In this document: in pieces, positions 50,974-61,931 of the stretch | Position numbering within the stretch: position 1 is the first letter of the stretch | Layout of the letters: each line of letters begins with the position of its first letter | Assembly: GCA_963976765.1 (NCBI GenBank) | Contig: CAXBME010000019.1 | Coordinates: forward strand, 1-64,000 | Source of the DNA: an uncultured Planctomycetaceae bacterium | GTDB taxonomy: Bacteria > Planctomycetota > Planctomycetia > Planctomycetales > Planctomycetaceae | DNA length: 64,000 nt | Direction of reading: 5' to 3' | Notes under the pieces: model-generated | The model's input: the letters and a program-made list of their open reading frames with translations, nothing else | What the model was told of the DNA's origin: nothing | Database searches by the model: none | Made by a program: the position numbers and the translations under genes

Positions 50974-51963
50974 TTATTTTTCGGCGGCGTACTCATCGAA
51001 CCAGCCGGTCAGCTGCTCTTCCGTCGCTGGTTTACGGTGGACGATCAGTCGATAGCGGAGCTCAAGCGGCTCGTTAGTCGGCAACAGGATCGGGGTTCGT
51101 CCGGGGAACACCGGATTCTGCATGCTGCGAGCTTTGCGGATGATCCATTGTTGGGGAAACCCGGGAACCGACGGGTGGCAGAGAATGGTGATGCCGCTGG
51201 TCGAGCCTTCCTGGCCGGCGACCTCGCCTTTGAATGAGCCGGAAATGTCCATCCAGCTACTTGCTTTGACTGCTGTTTTTTGAGGCTCAACCTCGCCATA
51301 CTCTGCCATAAATCGGACATCATTCGGGAGGCGGAACCGTGGTGAAAAGCCTCCATAACCTTTGACGTCGTCCGAACCGCCGATTCGGACTTCCGGCTCC
51401 AGAGCAAGCAGTCTGATTCTGAAATCGATCACGCGGCTATCGTTTCGTGAACGTCGTGCCTGGATTTGAGTCTGCTCACGGACAATTGGTTTCAAGTTTC
51501 CCGACGAGTCTTTCCAGTCGGGAGACACCCAGTGGGTCGTGGCTGTGATGCCAGCTGAGTCTGCGCTGTCTGCGGCGATCGTAACTCCGTCGACGCGGGA
51601 AAGAAAATTCTGGCAGATCCACGGATCTCCGATTTGTGTGTCGCCGACATGAAGCTGATGCCATGCCCAGAAAATGCCTCGGTGATGCAGATGGTCCGCA
51701 GGAAAGTCTTCCGAGATGGCGTTGCCGTTGAGGTCGTACAGCGGGTGCACATATCCGGCTCGCTCAAATTTGCCGTCGATTGACTTCGGGGTCGACTGGT
51801 AGAACAGGATGGGAGATTCATCCTCCAGAAACTCGTAACCGTCGTTGCTGGCGACGACGCGGACTGGTGGCAGTGTTTTGTTGTCCGCAGCCTGAAGTCG
51901 CCAGCAAATTGATTCTGCAAGCAGGCATATCGCGAGCGTTACTGCGTGTTGAATTGGCATCAT
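50974..51963 (-). CDS. Secreted PmoA-like/DUF6807 family protein (not methane monooxygenase)
   Basis: Signal peptide; motifs YVHPLY, DHLHHRGIFWAW, KGYGGF and LRYRLIVH. Confidence 0.75.
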   Translation of the reverse strand: MMPIQHAVTLAICLLAESICWRLQAADNKTLPPVRVVASNDGYEFLEDESPILFYQSTPKSIDGKFERAGYVHPLYDLNGNAISEDFPADHLHHRGIFWAWHQLHVGDTQIGDPWICQNFLSRVDGVTIAADSADSAGITATTHWVSPDWKDSSGNLKPIVREQTQIQARRSRNDSRVIDFRIRLLALEPEVRIGGSDDVKGYGGFSPRFRLPNDVRFMAEYGEVEPQKTAVKASSWMDISGSFKGEVAGQEGSTSGITILCHPSVPGFPQQWIIRKARSMQNPVFPGRTPILLPTNEPLELRYRLIVHRKPATEEQLTGWFDEYAAEK

Positions 51964-52181
51964 GGGACCATTATGGATTTGAGTGAGCGCTTACGTGAGC
52001 GGCAATCTGTGCCGCGACATGCTCACCAGTCTGGATGAGTATGACAGGCTGAGCGTCAGCGGTCTGTTTTCAGGCAATGTTGAACGGTACGTTCGCGCTG
52101 CGTTGCTGTTCAATGCGTAAGCTGTCGGAAGAGCTCAGTCGAGCGAGTCGGGGCGACCCTGCCAGGATGGTAAATTCCATG

Positions 52182-52216
52182 AAAAAAGTCGAGCAAAGCA
52201 AGTGCTCCGCTCGACT
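52182..52216 (-). terminator. Intrinsic terminator of fusA
   Basis: Minus strand reads AGTCGAGCGGAGCA-ct-TGCTTTGCTCGACT followed by a T-run, ~35 nt after the fusA stop. Confidence 0.8.
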
Positions 52217-52250
52217 CTGAATTCTTTCCGTCGTGACGTCTGGCTCAGCC

Positions 52251-54365
52251 TCAGGCTGTTGCCATGCGTTCTTCTTTTTCCTTGCGACGTTTTTCGACGA
52301 CTTCGGTCTGAACGTTCGCTGGTACCTGGCGGTACTTCAGAAACTCCATCGAAAACTGGCCTTTGCCCTGCGTCATTGATCGCAGTTCGTTCGCGTAGTC
52401 GAACATTTCGGCCAGTGGTACCTCGCCGATGATGTAAGTCGTCTTGCTTCTGGCGGTACTGGAGGTGATCAGGCCTCGCTTGCTGGAGAGGTGACCGCAG
52501 ATCGAGCCCTGGTATTCTTCTGGGGCTTCGATTTCCAGCGTCATGATCGGTTCGAGCAACGCCATTTTGGCCTTCTGCAACGTTTCTCGACCGCAGTTGA
52601 AGCCGGCCGTGTTGAACGCCATTTCCGAAGAGTCGACGTCGTGGTAGCTACCGTCTTCCAGGTCGATCTGAACTCCGACGACTTCGCATTCGCAGAGTGG
52701 CCCTTTGACGATCGACCGCTGGAAACCCTTGTCGACGGCAGGGATGTATTCTTTGGGGATACGTCCCTGCGAAATATTGTTGTTGAAGACGTATGGAGCT
52801 TCCGCGTCTTCCGGCAGCGGAATGAGCTTGCCAACGATGTGCGCGTACTGCCCGGAACCGCCGGTCTGTTTCTTGTGCTTGAAGTTGAATTCGACTTCCT
52901 TCGTTGGGCACTCGCGATAGGCGACCTTTGGTTCGCCGACGACGGCTTCCACGTTGTACTCTCGCTTCATTCGCTCGATGTAGACTTCGAGATGCAACTG
53001 CCCCATGCCGGCGATGATCGTTTCGTTTGTTTCGACGTCAGTCATCACACGGAAGGTTGGATCTTCACGACGGAATCGTTCGAGGGCTTTGCCGAGTCGG
53101 TCTGCCCCTTCTCGCGTCAGTGGCTCGACAGAAAGGCGGATGACCGCTTCCGGCACAAAAATATTTTCCAGCGCGACGTTCGCACCTTCACCACAGAATG
53201 TGTCACCAGATGCGCAATCCACGCCGACGACGGCAATAATGTCACCAGGCCCTGCCGATTCGATTTCTTCCCGGTCGTTAGCATGCATTCGCAGAAGGCG
53301 GCCAAAGCGAACTTTGCGACCGGTTCGAGCGTTGATGTAGCTGTCACCTTTGGTGATCTTGCCTTGGTAGACTCGGCAGAATGTCAACTGGCCGAAGGCT
53401 TCCATGACTGTCTTAAAGGCCATTGTGACGAGCGGTTTGTCTTCCTCTGGGGTCAGGGCAACCGGTGCTCCCTTGCCGTTCTCGTCAAGATTCAACAGGT
53501 CCTGCCCGAACACCTGACGTTCTGGAGGGCTTGGCAGATACCGCACGATGGCATCGAGAAGTTCCTGGACGCCGCAGTTCCGATAGGCTGTGCCCATGAG
53601 AACCGGCGTGATTTCTTGAGACAGAGTTGCTCGGCGAACGATCTTGTGGATATCCGCGATTGATGGTTCGCCTTCTTCGAGCAGTGTTTCCATCAGGTCG
53701 TCATCGAACAACGAAAGCTGCTCAAGCATGTGGGCACGTGCAGCGTCGGCGGCGTCTTTCAGTTCGGCGGGAATTTCCTTGCGAACGACTTCAATGCCCT
53801 GATCACCTTCGTAATAGACGGCATCCATATTGATCAGGTCGATGGCGCCTTTGTACTCAGATTCTTTGCCGATCGGAATCTGCAGAGGAACTGCCGTCAC
53901 GCCGAGCTTTTCAATGATCTGCTCAATGACACTGTCCGGATCTGCACCGGTTCGGTCCATTTTGTTGATGAAGGCGATTCTGGGAACGCCGTAACGCTTC
54001 ATCTGACGGTCGACGGTCAGAGACTGGCTCTGCACACCACCAACGGCACAGAGAACAAGGACCGCTCCGTCAAGCACTCGCAGTGAGCGTTCCACTTCGA
54101 CCGTGAAGTCAACGTGGCCGGGCGTATCGATCACGTTGATCGGGTGGCCATTCCATTGAACCGCGGTGCAGGCTGACTGAATGGTGATGCCGCGTTCACG
54201 TTCCAGATCCATGAAGTCCATGGTCGCTCCGCCATCACCACCCTTTACTTCATGGATGTTATGGATCCGACCGCTGTAGAACAGAATTCGCTCGGTCAAT
54301 GTCGTCTTACCCGAGTCGATGTGGGCGGAAATACCGATGTTGCGGAGTTTTAATAGATCTTGCAT
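52251..54365 (-). CDS. fusA: Elongation factor G (spdEFG1/mtEFG1-like paralogue)
   Basis: [53 protein letters not shown] and [10 protein letters not shown]; 704 aa. Confidence 0.95.
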   Translation of the reverse strand: MQDLLKLRNIGISAHIDSGKTTLTERILFYSGRIHNIHEVKGGDGGATMDFMDLERERGITIQSACTAVQWNGHPINVIDTPGHVDFTVEVERSLRVLDGAVLVLCAVGGVQSQSLTVDRQMKRYGVPRIAFINKMDRTGADPDSVIEQIIEKLGVTAVPLQIPIGKESEYKGAIDLINMDAVYYEGDQGIEVVRKEIPAELKDAADAARAHMLEQLSLFDDDLMETLLEEGEPSIADIHKIVRRATLSQEITPVLMGTAYRNCGVQELLDAIVRYLPSPPERQVFGQDLLNLDENGKGAPVALTPEEDKPLVTMAFKTVMEAFGQLTFCRVYQGKITKGDSYINARTGRKVRFGRLLRMHANDREEIESAGPGDIIAVVGVDCASGDTFCGEGANVALENIFVPEAVIRLSVEPLTREGADRLGKALERFRREDPTFRVMTDVETNETIIAGMGQLHLEVYIERMKREYNVEAVVGEPKVAYRECPTKEVEFNFKHKKQTGGSGQYAHIVGKLIPLPEDAEAPYVFNNNISQGRIPKEYIPAVDKGFQRSIVKGPLCECEVVGVQIDLEDGSYHDVDSSEMAFNTAGFNCGRETLQKAKMALLEPIMTLEIEAPEEYQGSICGHLSSKRGLITSSTARSKTTYIIGEVPLAEMFDYANELRSMTQGKGQFSMEFLKYRQVPANVQTEVVEKRRKEKEERMATA

Positions 54366-55275
54366 GGTTCAACTACGACTGGCAGGCGGGGCATACCGCC
54401 GGAATGGATCGTTCGGTGCAACGTGCCATGTGGGTTGTGCATCGAACGTTGCTCGCTGCGAGCAACTGTCTGTTTGAATCGAATTCCGACCGTCAGAAAA
54501 CGATTTTGGCTCGACCGAAGTTCGGCGAACCGATGTTTTGAAGAATCTCAGCTAAGAGGCTCTTCGAAGAACCACCCGTCTCAGGTTGTACAGTCAGACT
54601 GCAACCTGATCGAGGCTTGAGTACCGAAAACTGGACCACAACCTCAGAATTTTCGTGGAAACAGTTCCGGGATTTTTTGACCGGGGAAAACAAGCCGGAA
54701 ATTGCTCTGTGGAGGGACTGCGAAGCCTTGATTGGGTGGCTACGCTGAAAGTCGGCTCTCAGTTGCAGGCTCGATGCTCAGGCGGGGGCACGACTGTATT
54801 TCGATGAGAACCGCCGATGTATCGGCACCCTCAGGCAAGCAGCCTGACAGTCATCCCAGGAAAATCCCAGATCGCGCGCGACGCATCCTATCGATCGACG
54901 AAACAGATCGGAACAGGAAATCGGTAGAATATTTGACCAAAGTGCGGGTTTCGAGCCACGGTTGGCTCACCAGAGTGATGTCGACACTCCCTGTGGTTGG
55001 TTCGGTTGAGACTCAGCGATGATCGCTTTTCGGCGTATCGTCGTACTCAGGAACTGCCGTAACCTTTTATCAATAAAATGGTTAAAGTGGATTGGTCAGT
55101 CGGAAGCTGTTCTGTTCATGGGGCTATACTGACTGTCGTTGCTTGTCAGGATTGAATAATGGTGTTCGCACTCTCGTTGGCTTTTTCGAACAACGGGTAG
55201 TGTCGAGGCTGATGGCGATGATGGCCATTTCAGCAAATCGACCATGGATTAGCGGCTACAGGATTTTCAACAGCG

Positions 55276-58200
55276 GTGGCAGGGCAACGCATGGGCAACG
55301 ATTTGCAAAATAAATTCGACGATCCTGAAGGCGGCGACGCTGATCACAGTGAAATCGCATCTGTTGGGCAGGCCTGGAACGAGTCTTCGTTCAGTGGGTC
55401 GAACCGGAAGCTCGGAGCGACGATCACAAAGGCTCGCAGTTCGATGTTTTTCAGGTTGGCTTTGTTCGTCGCTGCGTTGCTGATTCTGACTTCGGGACTG
55501 ATGAGCTGGGCCGGGTATATCCTGGCGCGAAACATTATCCAGGATCAGATTCAGGAACGGTTGCGTGTTGCGGCGGCGGACCGGCATCAGATGGTATTGT
55601 CGTTTGTTGCTCAGCAGCTTGAGCGCGCCGGTCTGGTCGCCAGTCGGACGAAGTTGCGGAATCTGATTGCGGAGTTCAAGCACGGGAGAATTTCTGAAGA
55701 CGATATGCGTTTGGGGACTCGGCCGATTATCGAGGACGCCGTCAAAAGTACTGATGGTTTTCTCATGATCTCAATCGCCGATGTGGACGGGCGAGTGTTG
55801 ACGTCGACGTCGGACGAGCAGCTTGGGGCGGATGTTTCAACGAAGCCAGCATTTCAAGCCGGTCTTGAAGGGCGGCATCTTGCAGAGCCAAGGCTGAGCG
55901 ACGGTGTTTTCATCACGTCAGTGGCGGCTCCGGCAAAGACCAACGATGGCGAACTGCTCGGCGTGGTGCTGGTCGAGCTTAACGTAGAAGCTCTGTACAA
56001 CATTCTCACGGACACCCAGGGGCTCGGCGAGACTGGCGAAGTGCTGGTTGGCAGGCGGGAAGATAACCAGACGCGTTATCTCTTCAGTCCGCGGAACAGG
56101 CAGGAACGTACGGAGTCGTTAGATGCGGCGCCGGCGATGGCGGCTGCCATTGGCGGCGCGACTCGGTCAGAAGTGACCGATTACGCAGGCGTGGAAGTAC
56201 TCGCTCATTATCGACCGATCGCCTACCAGCCGCCCGAGTATCAGGCATGGGGGCTGGTGGCGAAGATCGACGTCGCCGAGGCGTATGCCCCGCTTGATGA
56301 ATTTCGGCAGACGCGGCTGTGGGCTCAGCTTGGATTTTTTGCCGTCGGGTTGGCGGCGTCATTCTGGCTGTCGCGACGCATGACTCGTCCCATTCACGAG
56401 CTGACTCGCATAGTGACGGCAGTGGCGGATGGAGATTTGTCGGCTCAGGTGGCGGTGACGGCTGACGACGAGATCGGCATGCTGGGCCGTGCCTTTAACG
56501 CCATGACGCAAAAGCTTCATGCGTCGTATGCGACCCTGGAAGATCGCGTGCGGCAGCGGACCACGGAACTCAGCACCGAAATTGCCCGCCGAGAAGAAGC
56601 GCAGCAGGAAATGCAGCGGAATGCTGAACGCATCAAACGCATCATTGATACTGCCAACGATGCATTCGTCTCGATCGACGAACGCGGCGAGATCATCGAG
56701 TGGAATCCTCAGGCTGAGGCGATGTTCGACTGGAGCCGGGATGAGGTGCTCGGGCTGAACGTTGCCGACGTCATAATTCCGCCAGCTTTCCACGAGCAAC
56801 ATAAAAGTGGCCTGAAGAGATTTCTGGAAACTCGCGAGGCGAATGTGCTCAATCAGCGACTGGAGCTGACCGCGCTGCGGCGCGACGACAGCGAGTTCCC
56901 CGTCGAGATCACGATTACTCCGCAGCGGCTGGGCAAAGAGTTCGTGTTCAATGCTTTTCTTCACGACATCACTCAGCGAAAGCTGGACGAAAAGGCGTTG
57001 CATCAGGCTCGCGAGGCTGCCGAATCGGCGAACAGGTCGAAAAGCGAGTTCCTTGCCAACATGAGTCATGAAATCCGTACACCAATGAATGGTGTCATCG
57101 GGATGGCAGAGCTGCTGGCCAGTACCAGGCTTGAGGCGGACCAGCGTGACTATCTCAACATGGTGCGACAGTCAGCCGACGCGCTGCTGCGGCTGCTCAA
57201 CGATATTCTCGACTTCTCAAAGATCGAGGCCGGGAAGCTTGAGCTTGAGTCAATCCCGTTCAGCCTGCGCGACTGTATCGGCAACACCGGTCACACTTTG
57301 TCGTCGCGTGCGGCGGGCAAGGGAATCGAACTGGCTTGCCGGATCGCCCCCGAAATTCCTGACATCCTGGTCGGAGACCCCGGGCGACTGCGGCAGATCG
57401 TCGTGAACCTCGCCGGCAATGCGATCAAGTTTACGGACGAGGGGGAAGTTGTTGTCGAAGTTGTGCCGGTCTTCACTCAATCGTCAGGGCTGTATTCTGA
57501 TGAGGATGGGCTGTCGGCTTCTGGCGGCAGAACAGTGTTGAAAATTTCGGTTCATGACACGGGGATCGGTATCCCGCCGGAAAAGCAGAAAGTCATCTTT
57601 GAAGCATTTGGCCAGGCCGATGGATCAACAACTCGAAAGTACGGAGGCACGGGGCTGGGGCTGGCTATCTCGACACAGCTTGTCGAATTGATGAACGGCC
57701 AGTTGCAGGTTGAAAGCGAATTGGGGCAGGGGACGACGTTCTGGTTCACAGCTGAATTCGGGATTGGTCCTGAGCAAAAGCTGCGTCGACCAAGCGAGTT
57801 GGTGGCACTACGCGGAATGCAGGTGCTCGTTGTGGACGACAACGTGACCAACCTGCGAATTCTTCACGAGATTCTGGCGGGGTGGAACATGCAGCCGCTG
57901 ACTGCCGACAGTCCTGAGGCTGGTCTGGAGTTGATCCGGAAATCCAAAGCCGACGGTCAGTCTGTACCGCTTGTTCTACTCGATCTGATGATGCCCGGTA
58001 TGGATGGTTTTCAGTTCGCGGCGAGGCTGCGGGAAACAGTGTCCGCCCATGAGTGCAAGGTGATCATGGTTTCGTCGGCAATTCAGGCCGGTGACTCTGA
58101 GCGTTGTCGCCAGCTTCAGATTGCCCGGTGTCTGCCGAAGCCGGTGCTGCAGTCAGAGTTGCTCAACACGATCCTTGCCGAAGTCGATCCTGATGCGACC

Positions 58201-59115
58201 TTCCCGGTTGAGCCGCAGGAACTGCCATCGGGATCCGGTGTCGTGCCGCGTCGAATTCTGCTCGCCGAAGACGGTCTGGTTAACCAGCGGGTGGCGATCG
58301 GGTTTCTCGAACGGCGCGGGCATCAGGTGGTGGTCGTGGGGGATGGGCAACAGGTCATTGATACTCTGGATCGAGAACCGTTTGACCTGATTCTGATGGA
58401 CGTCCAGATGCCGAAGATGGATGGCTTTGCAGCAACTTCAGTAATCCGGCGGCGCGAGCAGGTGACCGGTCAGCATCTGCCGATCATCGCCATGACGGCT
58501 AACGCGATGAAGGGCGACCGTGAACGCTGCCTGGCTGCGGGTATGGATGACTATGTCGCGAAGCCGATCGAGGCAGTGGCGCTGTTTGCGGCAGTCGAAG
58601 CGGTTCCGCCAGGCGTGCTCGCCGTTGGATCGCCCCCGCAACCGGAGTCGGAACCTGTCGATGCTCCGCCGGCTGGCTTGTCCACAGAAATGCCCGCCAC
58701 TCCGGTGCCTGTCATGGCTGAGAATATTTCTGATGAACCGAATTCTTACTCGGACAGACCAGCTACCTCTGTGAATTCTGCTGAGAAACTGATTGACTGG
58801 TCGGCAGCCATGCAGAAGATGCCCGGTGGAGAAGCCACGGCTCGCGACCTGGCCAGCCTGCTGCTTGAGGAAGCTCCGAAATACGTCGGGCAAATGCGGA
58901 AGGCGAGACTTGACGGTGACGCTAAAGCTCTTCGTCGAGCCGCGCATACTTTGAAGGGGTCCGTTGCAATCTTCGGGATCGACTGTCTGGTCGAGTGGTG
59001 CCAGGAAATGGAAGTTCACGCGGCGGCTGAAGAGTATCAGTCTGCAGAGACGCTTCTGGAAGTTATTGCCGATGCGGTAGATCGACTGGTCGTAGAGTTG
59101 AATGAGCTTCTTTGA
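55276..59115 (+). CDS. Hybrid sensor histidine kinase (periplasmic Cache-like, HAMP, PAS, HisKA, HATPase, 2x REC, Hpt)
   Basis: Two TMs; DEIGMLGRAFNAM (HAMP); FLANMSHEIRTPMN; GNAIKFT; GGTGLGL; two receiver domains; AHTLKGS (Hpt). Start may be 55291 or later. Confidence 0.93.
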   Translation: MAGQRMGNDLQNKFDDPEGGDADHSEIASVGQAWNESSFSGSNRKLGATITKARSSMFFRLALFVAALLILTSGLMSWAGYILARNIIQDQIQERLRVAAADRHQMVLSFVAQQLERAGLVASRTKLRNLIAEFKHGRISEDDMRLGTRPIIEDAVKSTDGFLMISIADVDGRVLTSTSDEQLGADVSTKPAFQAGLEGRHLAEPRLSDGVFITSVAAPAKTNDGELLGVVLVELNVEALYNILTDTQGLGETGEVLVGRREDNQTRYLFSPRNRQERTESLDAAPAMAAAIGGATRSEVTDYAGVEVLAHYRPIAYQPPEYQAWGLVAKIDVAEAYAPLDEFRQTRLWAQLGFFAVGLAASFWLSRRMTRPIHELTRIVTAVADGDLSAQVAVTADDEIGMLGRAFNAMTQKLHASYATLEDRVRQRTTELSTEIARREEAQQEMQRNAERIKRIIDTANDAFVSIDERGEIIEWNPQAEAMFDWSRDEVLGLNVADVIIPPAFHEQHKSGLKRFLETREANVLNQRLELTALRRDDSEFPVEITITPQRLGKEFVFNAFLHDITQRKLDEKALHQAREAAESANRSKSEFLANMSHEIRTPMNGVIGMAELLASTRLEADQRDYLNMVRQSADALLRLLNDILDFSKIEAGKLELESIPFSLRDCIGNTGHTLSSRAAGKGIELACRIAPEIPDILVGDPGRLRQIVVNLAGNAIKFTDEGEVVVEVVPVFTQSSGLYSDEDGLSASGGRTVLKISVHDTGIGIPPEKQKVIFEAFGQADGSTTRKYGGTGLGLAISTQLVELMNGQLQVESELGQGTTFWFTAEFGIGPEQKLRRPSELVALRGMQVLVVDDNVTNLRILHEILAGWNMQPLTADSPEAGLELIRKSKADGQSVPLVLLDLMMPGMDGFQFAARLRETVSAHECKVIMVSSAIQAGDSERCRQLQIARCLPKPVLQSELLNTILAEVDPDATFPVEPQELPSGSGVVPRRILLAEDGLVNQRVAIGFLERRGHQVVVVGDGQQVIDTLDREPFDLILMDVQMPKMDGFAATSVIRRREQVTGQHLPIIAMTANAMKGDRERCLAAGMDDYVAKPIEAVALFAAVEAVPPGVLAVGSPPQPESEPVDAPPAGLSTEMPATPVPVMAENISDEPNSYSDRPATSVNSAEKLIDWSAAMQKMPGGEATARDLASLLLEEAPKYVGQMRKARLDGDAKALRRAAHTLKGSVAIFGIDCLVEWCQEMEVHAAAEEYQSAETLLEVIADAVDRLVVELNELL

Positions 59116-59140
59116 GATTTGAGGGGTGGGAGAGTTCGCC

Positions 59141-60040
59141 ATGACTACGAAAGTTCTGATTGTTGATGACAACCCGATGGACCGGCGGTTTGCGGGAGCG
59201 TGTGTCGAAGCCGTCGGCATGACCGCAACCTACGCCGAGCACGGGAAGGATGCACTGGCGAAGCTTGACCTCGAAACTTTGGACATCGTGCTGACAGACC
59301 TCGACATGCCGGAGATGGACGGTCTGGCTTTAGTGCGGCAACTCCAGAAGCGGGACCCGACGTTACCGGTCATTCTAATGACGGCCAAGGGGAGTGAAGA
59401 GATTGCAACAGAGGCGCTCAAAGCCGGAGCGGCCAGTTACGTTCCCAAACGAAATTTTCAGCAGGGAATTCAGGACGCCCTCAACATCGTCGCCGATTCG
59501 TCTCGAGCCCGGCAGAAACGGCAGGCAGTTTTCGAATATATGACGGAGACCGAGTCTAAATTCGTGCTGGGGAACAACCTCGATGCGACGTCGGCCCTGG
59601 TTGGGTACTTCATGGACGCGTTGCGGATGATGAGAATTTGTCCGGAAGGCGATCTGGTGCGAGTCGGTACAGCGCTTTCCGAAGCCCTGGTCAATGCAAT
59701 TGATCATGGCAATCTTGAACTGAACTCGAAGATGCGGGAAGGCGACACCGGCGGTTCTTATCAGGAACTCGGTAACCAGCGGAGGCAGCAGGAACCATAT
59801 TCAAGCCGGAAAGTGTACGTTGGCTGCCAGATGTCGCCCGGCGAAGCGGTTTTCTCGATCCGTGACGAAGGACCTGGCTTCGATCCGTCGACACTGCCGG
59901 ATCCGTCCGACCCGGAAAATCTCATGCGCCCGCATGGCCGCGGGCTGATGCTTATCCGAACCTTCATGGACAAGGTCACCTTCAACGACTCCGGCAACGA
60001 AATCCGCATGTACAAACGGGCAAAACCAGAGGCGATGTAA
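59141..60040 (+). CDS. Response regulator with RsbW-like anti-sigma kinase (HATPase_c_2) output domain
   Basis: REC domain (VLIVDD, TDLDMP, YVPK) fused to EALVNAIDHGN, IRDEGPGFD and HGRGLMLIRTFMD. Confidence 0.9.
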   Translation: MTTKVLIVDDNPMDRRFAGACVEAVGMTATYAEHGKDALAKLDLETLDIVLTDLDMPEMDGLALVRQLQKRDPTLPVILMTAKGSEEIATEALKAGAASYVPKRNFQQGIQDALNIVADSSRARQKRQAVFEYMTETESKFVLGNNLDATSALVGYFMDALRMMRICPEGDLVRVGTALSEALVNAIDHGNLELNSKMREGDTGGSYQELGNQRRQQEPYSSRKVYVGCQMSPGEAVFSIRDEGPGFDPSTLPDPSDPENLMRPHGRGLMLIRTFMDKVTFNDSGNEIRMYKRAKPEAM

Positions 60041-60487
60041 TTCAGAGGTGATGTAATAATTGGCGGCCATTCGGGAATCGACAGAGCATGTTCAGGTATT
60101 GTCCCGAATACTTTGTGATGAGGTTTGCCGGACACTTCTGAGCAGGATTTTCCGCCAGTTCTGCAGCGTTATCAGAAATTGGGCCTGGCCGCTTCGGTAG
60201 GACTCCTGTATCGGCCGAGCTGGCCGTGCCGACGGAGTCGTGGACGACGCAGGTTTCCTGGACGTACGGGGAATTTGTAGACAGCCGAAACTCACGTTGA
60301 CCTGTTTCGAGAATTTCTGCAAAACTGACGATCCACTTCAGATTCCCTTCAAGTTTCCCCGTTGCAGTTTCACGAGATTCCGACTTCCGCGACTTCCGTT
60401 TGGAATCGTCTCGTTCATCCTCGCCGTAGTTCACGGTTCAGGTTGGCTGCGAATCACTCCCCTGTCTTAGAGCAAGGACGCTCGACC

Positions 60488-61657
60488 ATGCTGTCTGTTC
60501 TCGTCCTGACGTCAATGCTGGCGACCAATCCGACCGACATTGATTCCGTCCCGAGTGTCGTGCCAACCGTTTCACTCGTCACCCCGGAACTCGTCTTTTC
60601 GCAGCCGTTCTCGATGATCGAGATCGACTCGCGACCGGTGATTTCGTCCAGCGAGACCGTGATGCGAGGTCAGTCGCCCGGCGCGGCTTACGATGAAGAA
60701 CCCGTCCAGGCAAATCTGGGAAATCAACAGTACCTCGGGCCGCCGCCAATGCAGCATGCGAGCCAGTGGAACCCGATGGCCCCCGTCTGGCCTGGTACGC
60801 CGCTGCTCGGTCCTGCCGGCGTTGGTGGGCCGTTTGCCAGTGTCCAGGGAATCAACGGTCCGAAGCCATTTCAGTTTGGGTGGACTCGTAAGCTCGATGT
60901 CGGATTCCTTCCCAAGGAACGTACCAGCAGTACTGGCGGTGGCGCTGCGGGCCAGTTTGGCGTCTTTGAGGTGAATTCCGAATTCCGCTACACCGCTCCG
61001 CTGCCGACTCAGTGGATCATGTCCGTCGCTCCGCAGTTCAATCTGCGAAACTGGGACGGTCCGGGTGCGCCGGATCTTCCCGGCGACGTCTACCGATTTG
61101 GCCTCGATCTTCAGTTGACCACGCCGACCGTCGGCCCGTTTACCGGCGAGTTTTCATTCAATCCGTCACTCAACACTGACTTCGATGCAAGCCCCGGTTC
61201 GGACGCCTGGAACTGGGACGGTCGTGGAGCGGTCTTCGTTCGCGCGAACCCTCAGACGCTCGTCGTTCTGGGTGCCATGTTCTGGGACCGTGTTGACGAT
61301 CGTGTTCTGCCGTACGCAGGGTTCGTCTACACGCCGAACGACTATTGGGAAATCCGAGCGCTGTTTCCGCAATCGGAAGTCAGCATCTTCCTGGGAACTC
61401 CGTGGGGAATTCCGCAATGGCTGTACGTGAATGGCGAGTACCATGTCGAAGCGTACGAAATCGGCGGCGTCCCGGGGGGGCGGCAGATTCAGCTTGAGGA
61501 CTGGCGAGTCATGCTCGGTGTGCGTAGTGATTCCGGCGGTGTGCAGAGCTTCCTCGAAGGCGGCTGGGTCTTTGACCGGAAAGTTGAATTCAGCCGTGGC
61601 GGCGGAAACTTCGACGTCTCCTCCGGCTTCATCGCCCGCTTCGGCATCAAGTTCTAA
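60488..61657 (+). CDS. Putative outer-membrane beta-barrel protein
   Basis: Likely ATG at 60488 after AAGGA; Pro-rich N-part; alternating aromatic strands; C-terminal Phe (ARFGIKF). Confidence 0.65.
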   Translation: MLSVLVLTSMLATNPTDIDSVPSVVPTVSLVTPELVFSQPFSMIEIDSRPVISSSETVMRGQSPGAAYDEEPVQANLGNQQYLGPPPMQHASQWNPMAPVWPGTPLLGPAGVGGPFASVQGINGPKPFQFGWTRKLDVGFLPKERTSSTGGGAAGQFGVFEVNSEFRYTAPLPTQWIMSVAPQFNLRNWDGPGAPDLPGDVYRFGLDLQLTTPTVGPFTGEFSFNPSLNTDFDASPGSDAWNWDGRGAVFVRANPQTLVVLGAMFWDRVDDRVLPYAGFVYTPNDYWEIRALFPQSEVSIFLGTPWGIPQWLYVNGEYHVEAYEIGGVPGGRQIQLEDWRVMLGVRSDSGGVQSFLEGGWVFDRKVEFSRGGGNFDVSSGFIARFGIKF

Positions 61658-61931
61658 GTTTTTAACCTGAATCTCGGATAAGGAACCTGAGGAGATTGGT
61701 TTGTTACGGTTTCAGGAACGAATGATGGCACGGCTCCACGTAAATGTGCCCGGAAATGAGGAACTAAGTGCGCCATTCTCTTCCATATGTTGCAATGTCA
61801 ACGCGGGGCACTTCACAATCCTGCCTTCACTCACCAGTTTTGAATTCTTAAACAGGATTCGAGTTGGTAGTTAACGTGTTCGGATTTGCCGTTTCGTACG
61901 CTGCCGTGAATTTGGTTTAATTTGATTTAAT

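Noticed and set aside
50974..51963. Methane oxidation capacity from the PmoA-like family name
   Set aside because: Soluble secreted protein with no pmoCAB context; the family name is misleading.
52491..53663. 390 aa plus-strand ORF inside fusA
   Set aside because: Antisense shadow of a conserved gene with strong codon bias.
54366..55275. 900 bp fusA/kinase divergent spacer as a riboswitch or sRNA
   Set aside because: Only weak hairpins; no recognisable aptamer, terminator or repeated motif by eye.
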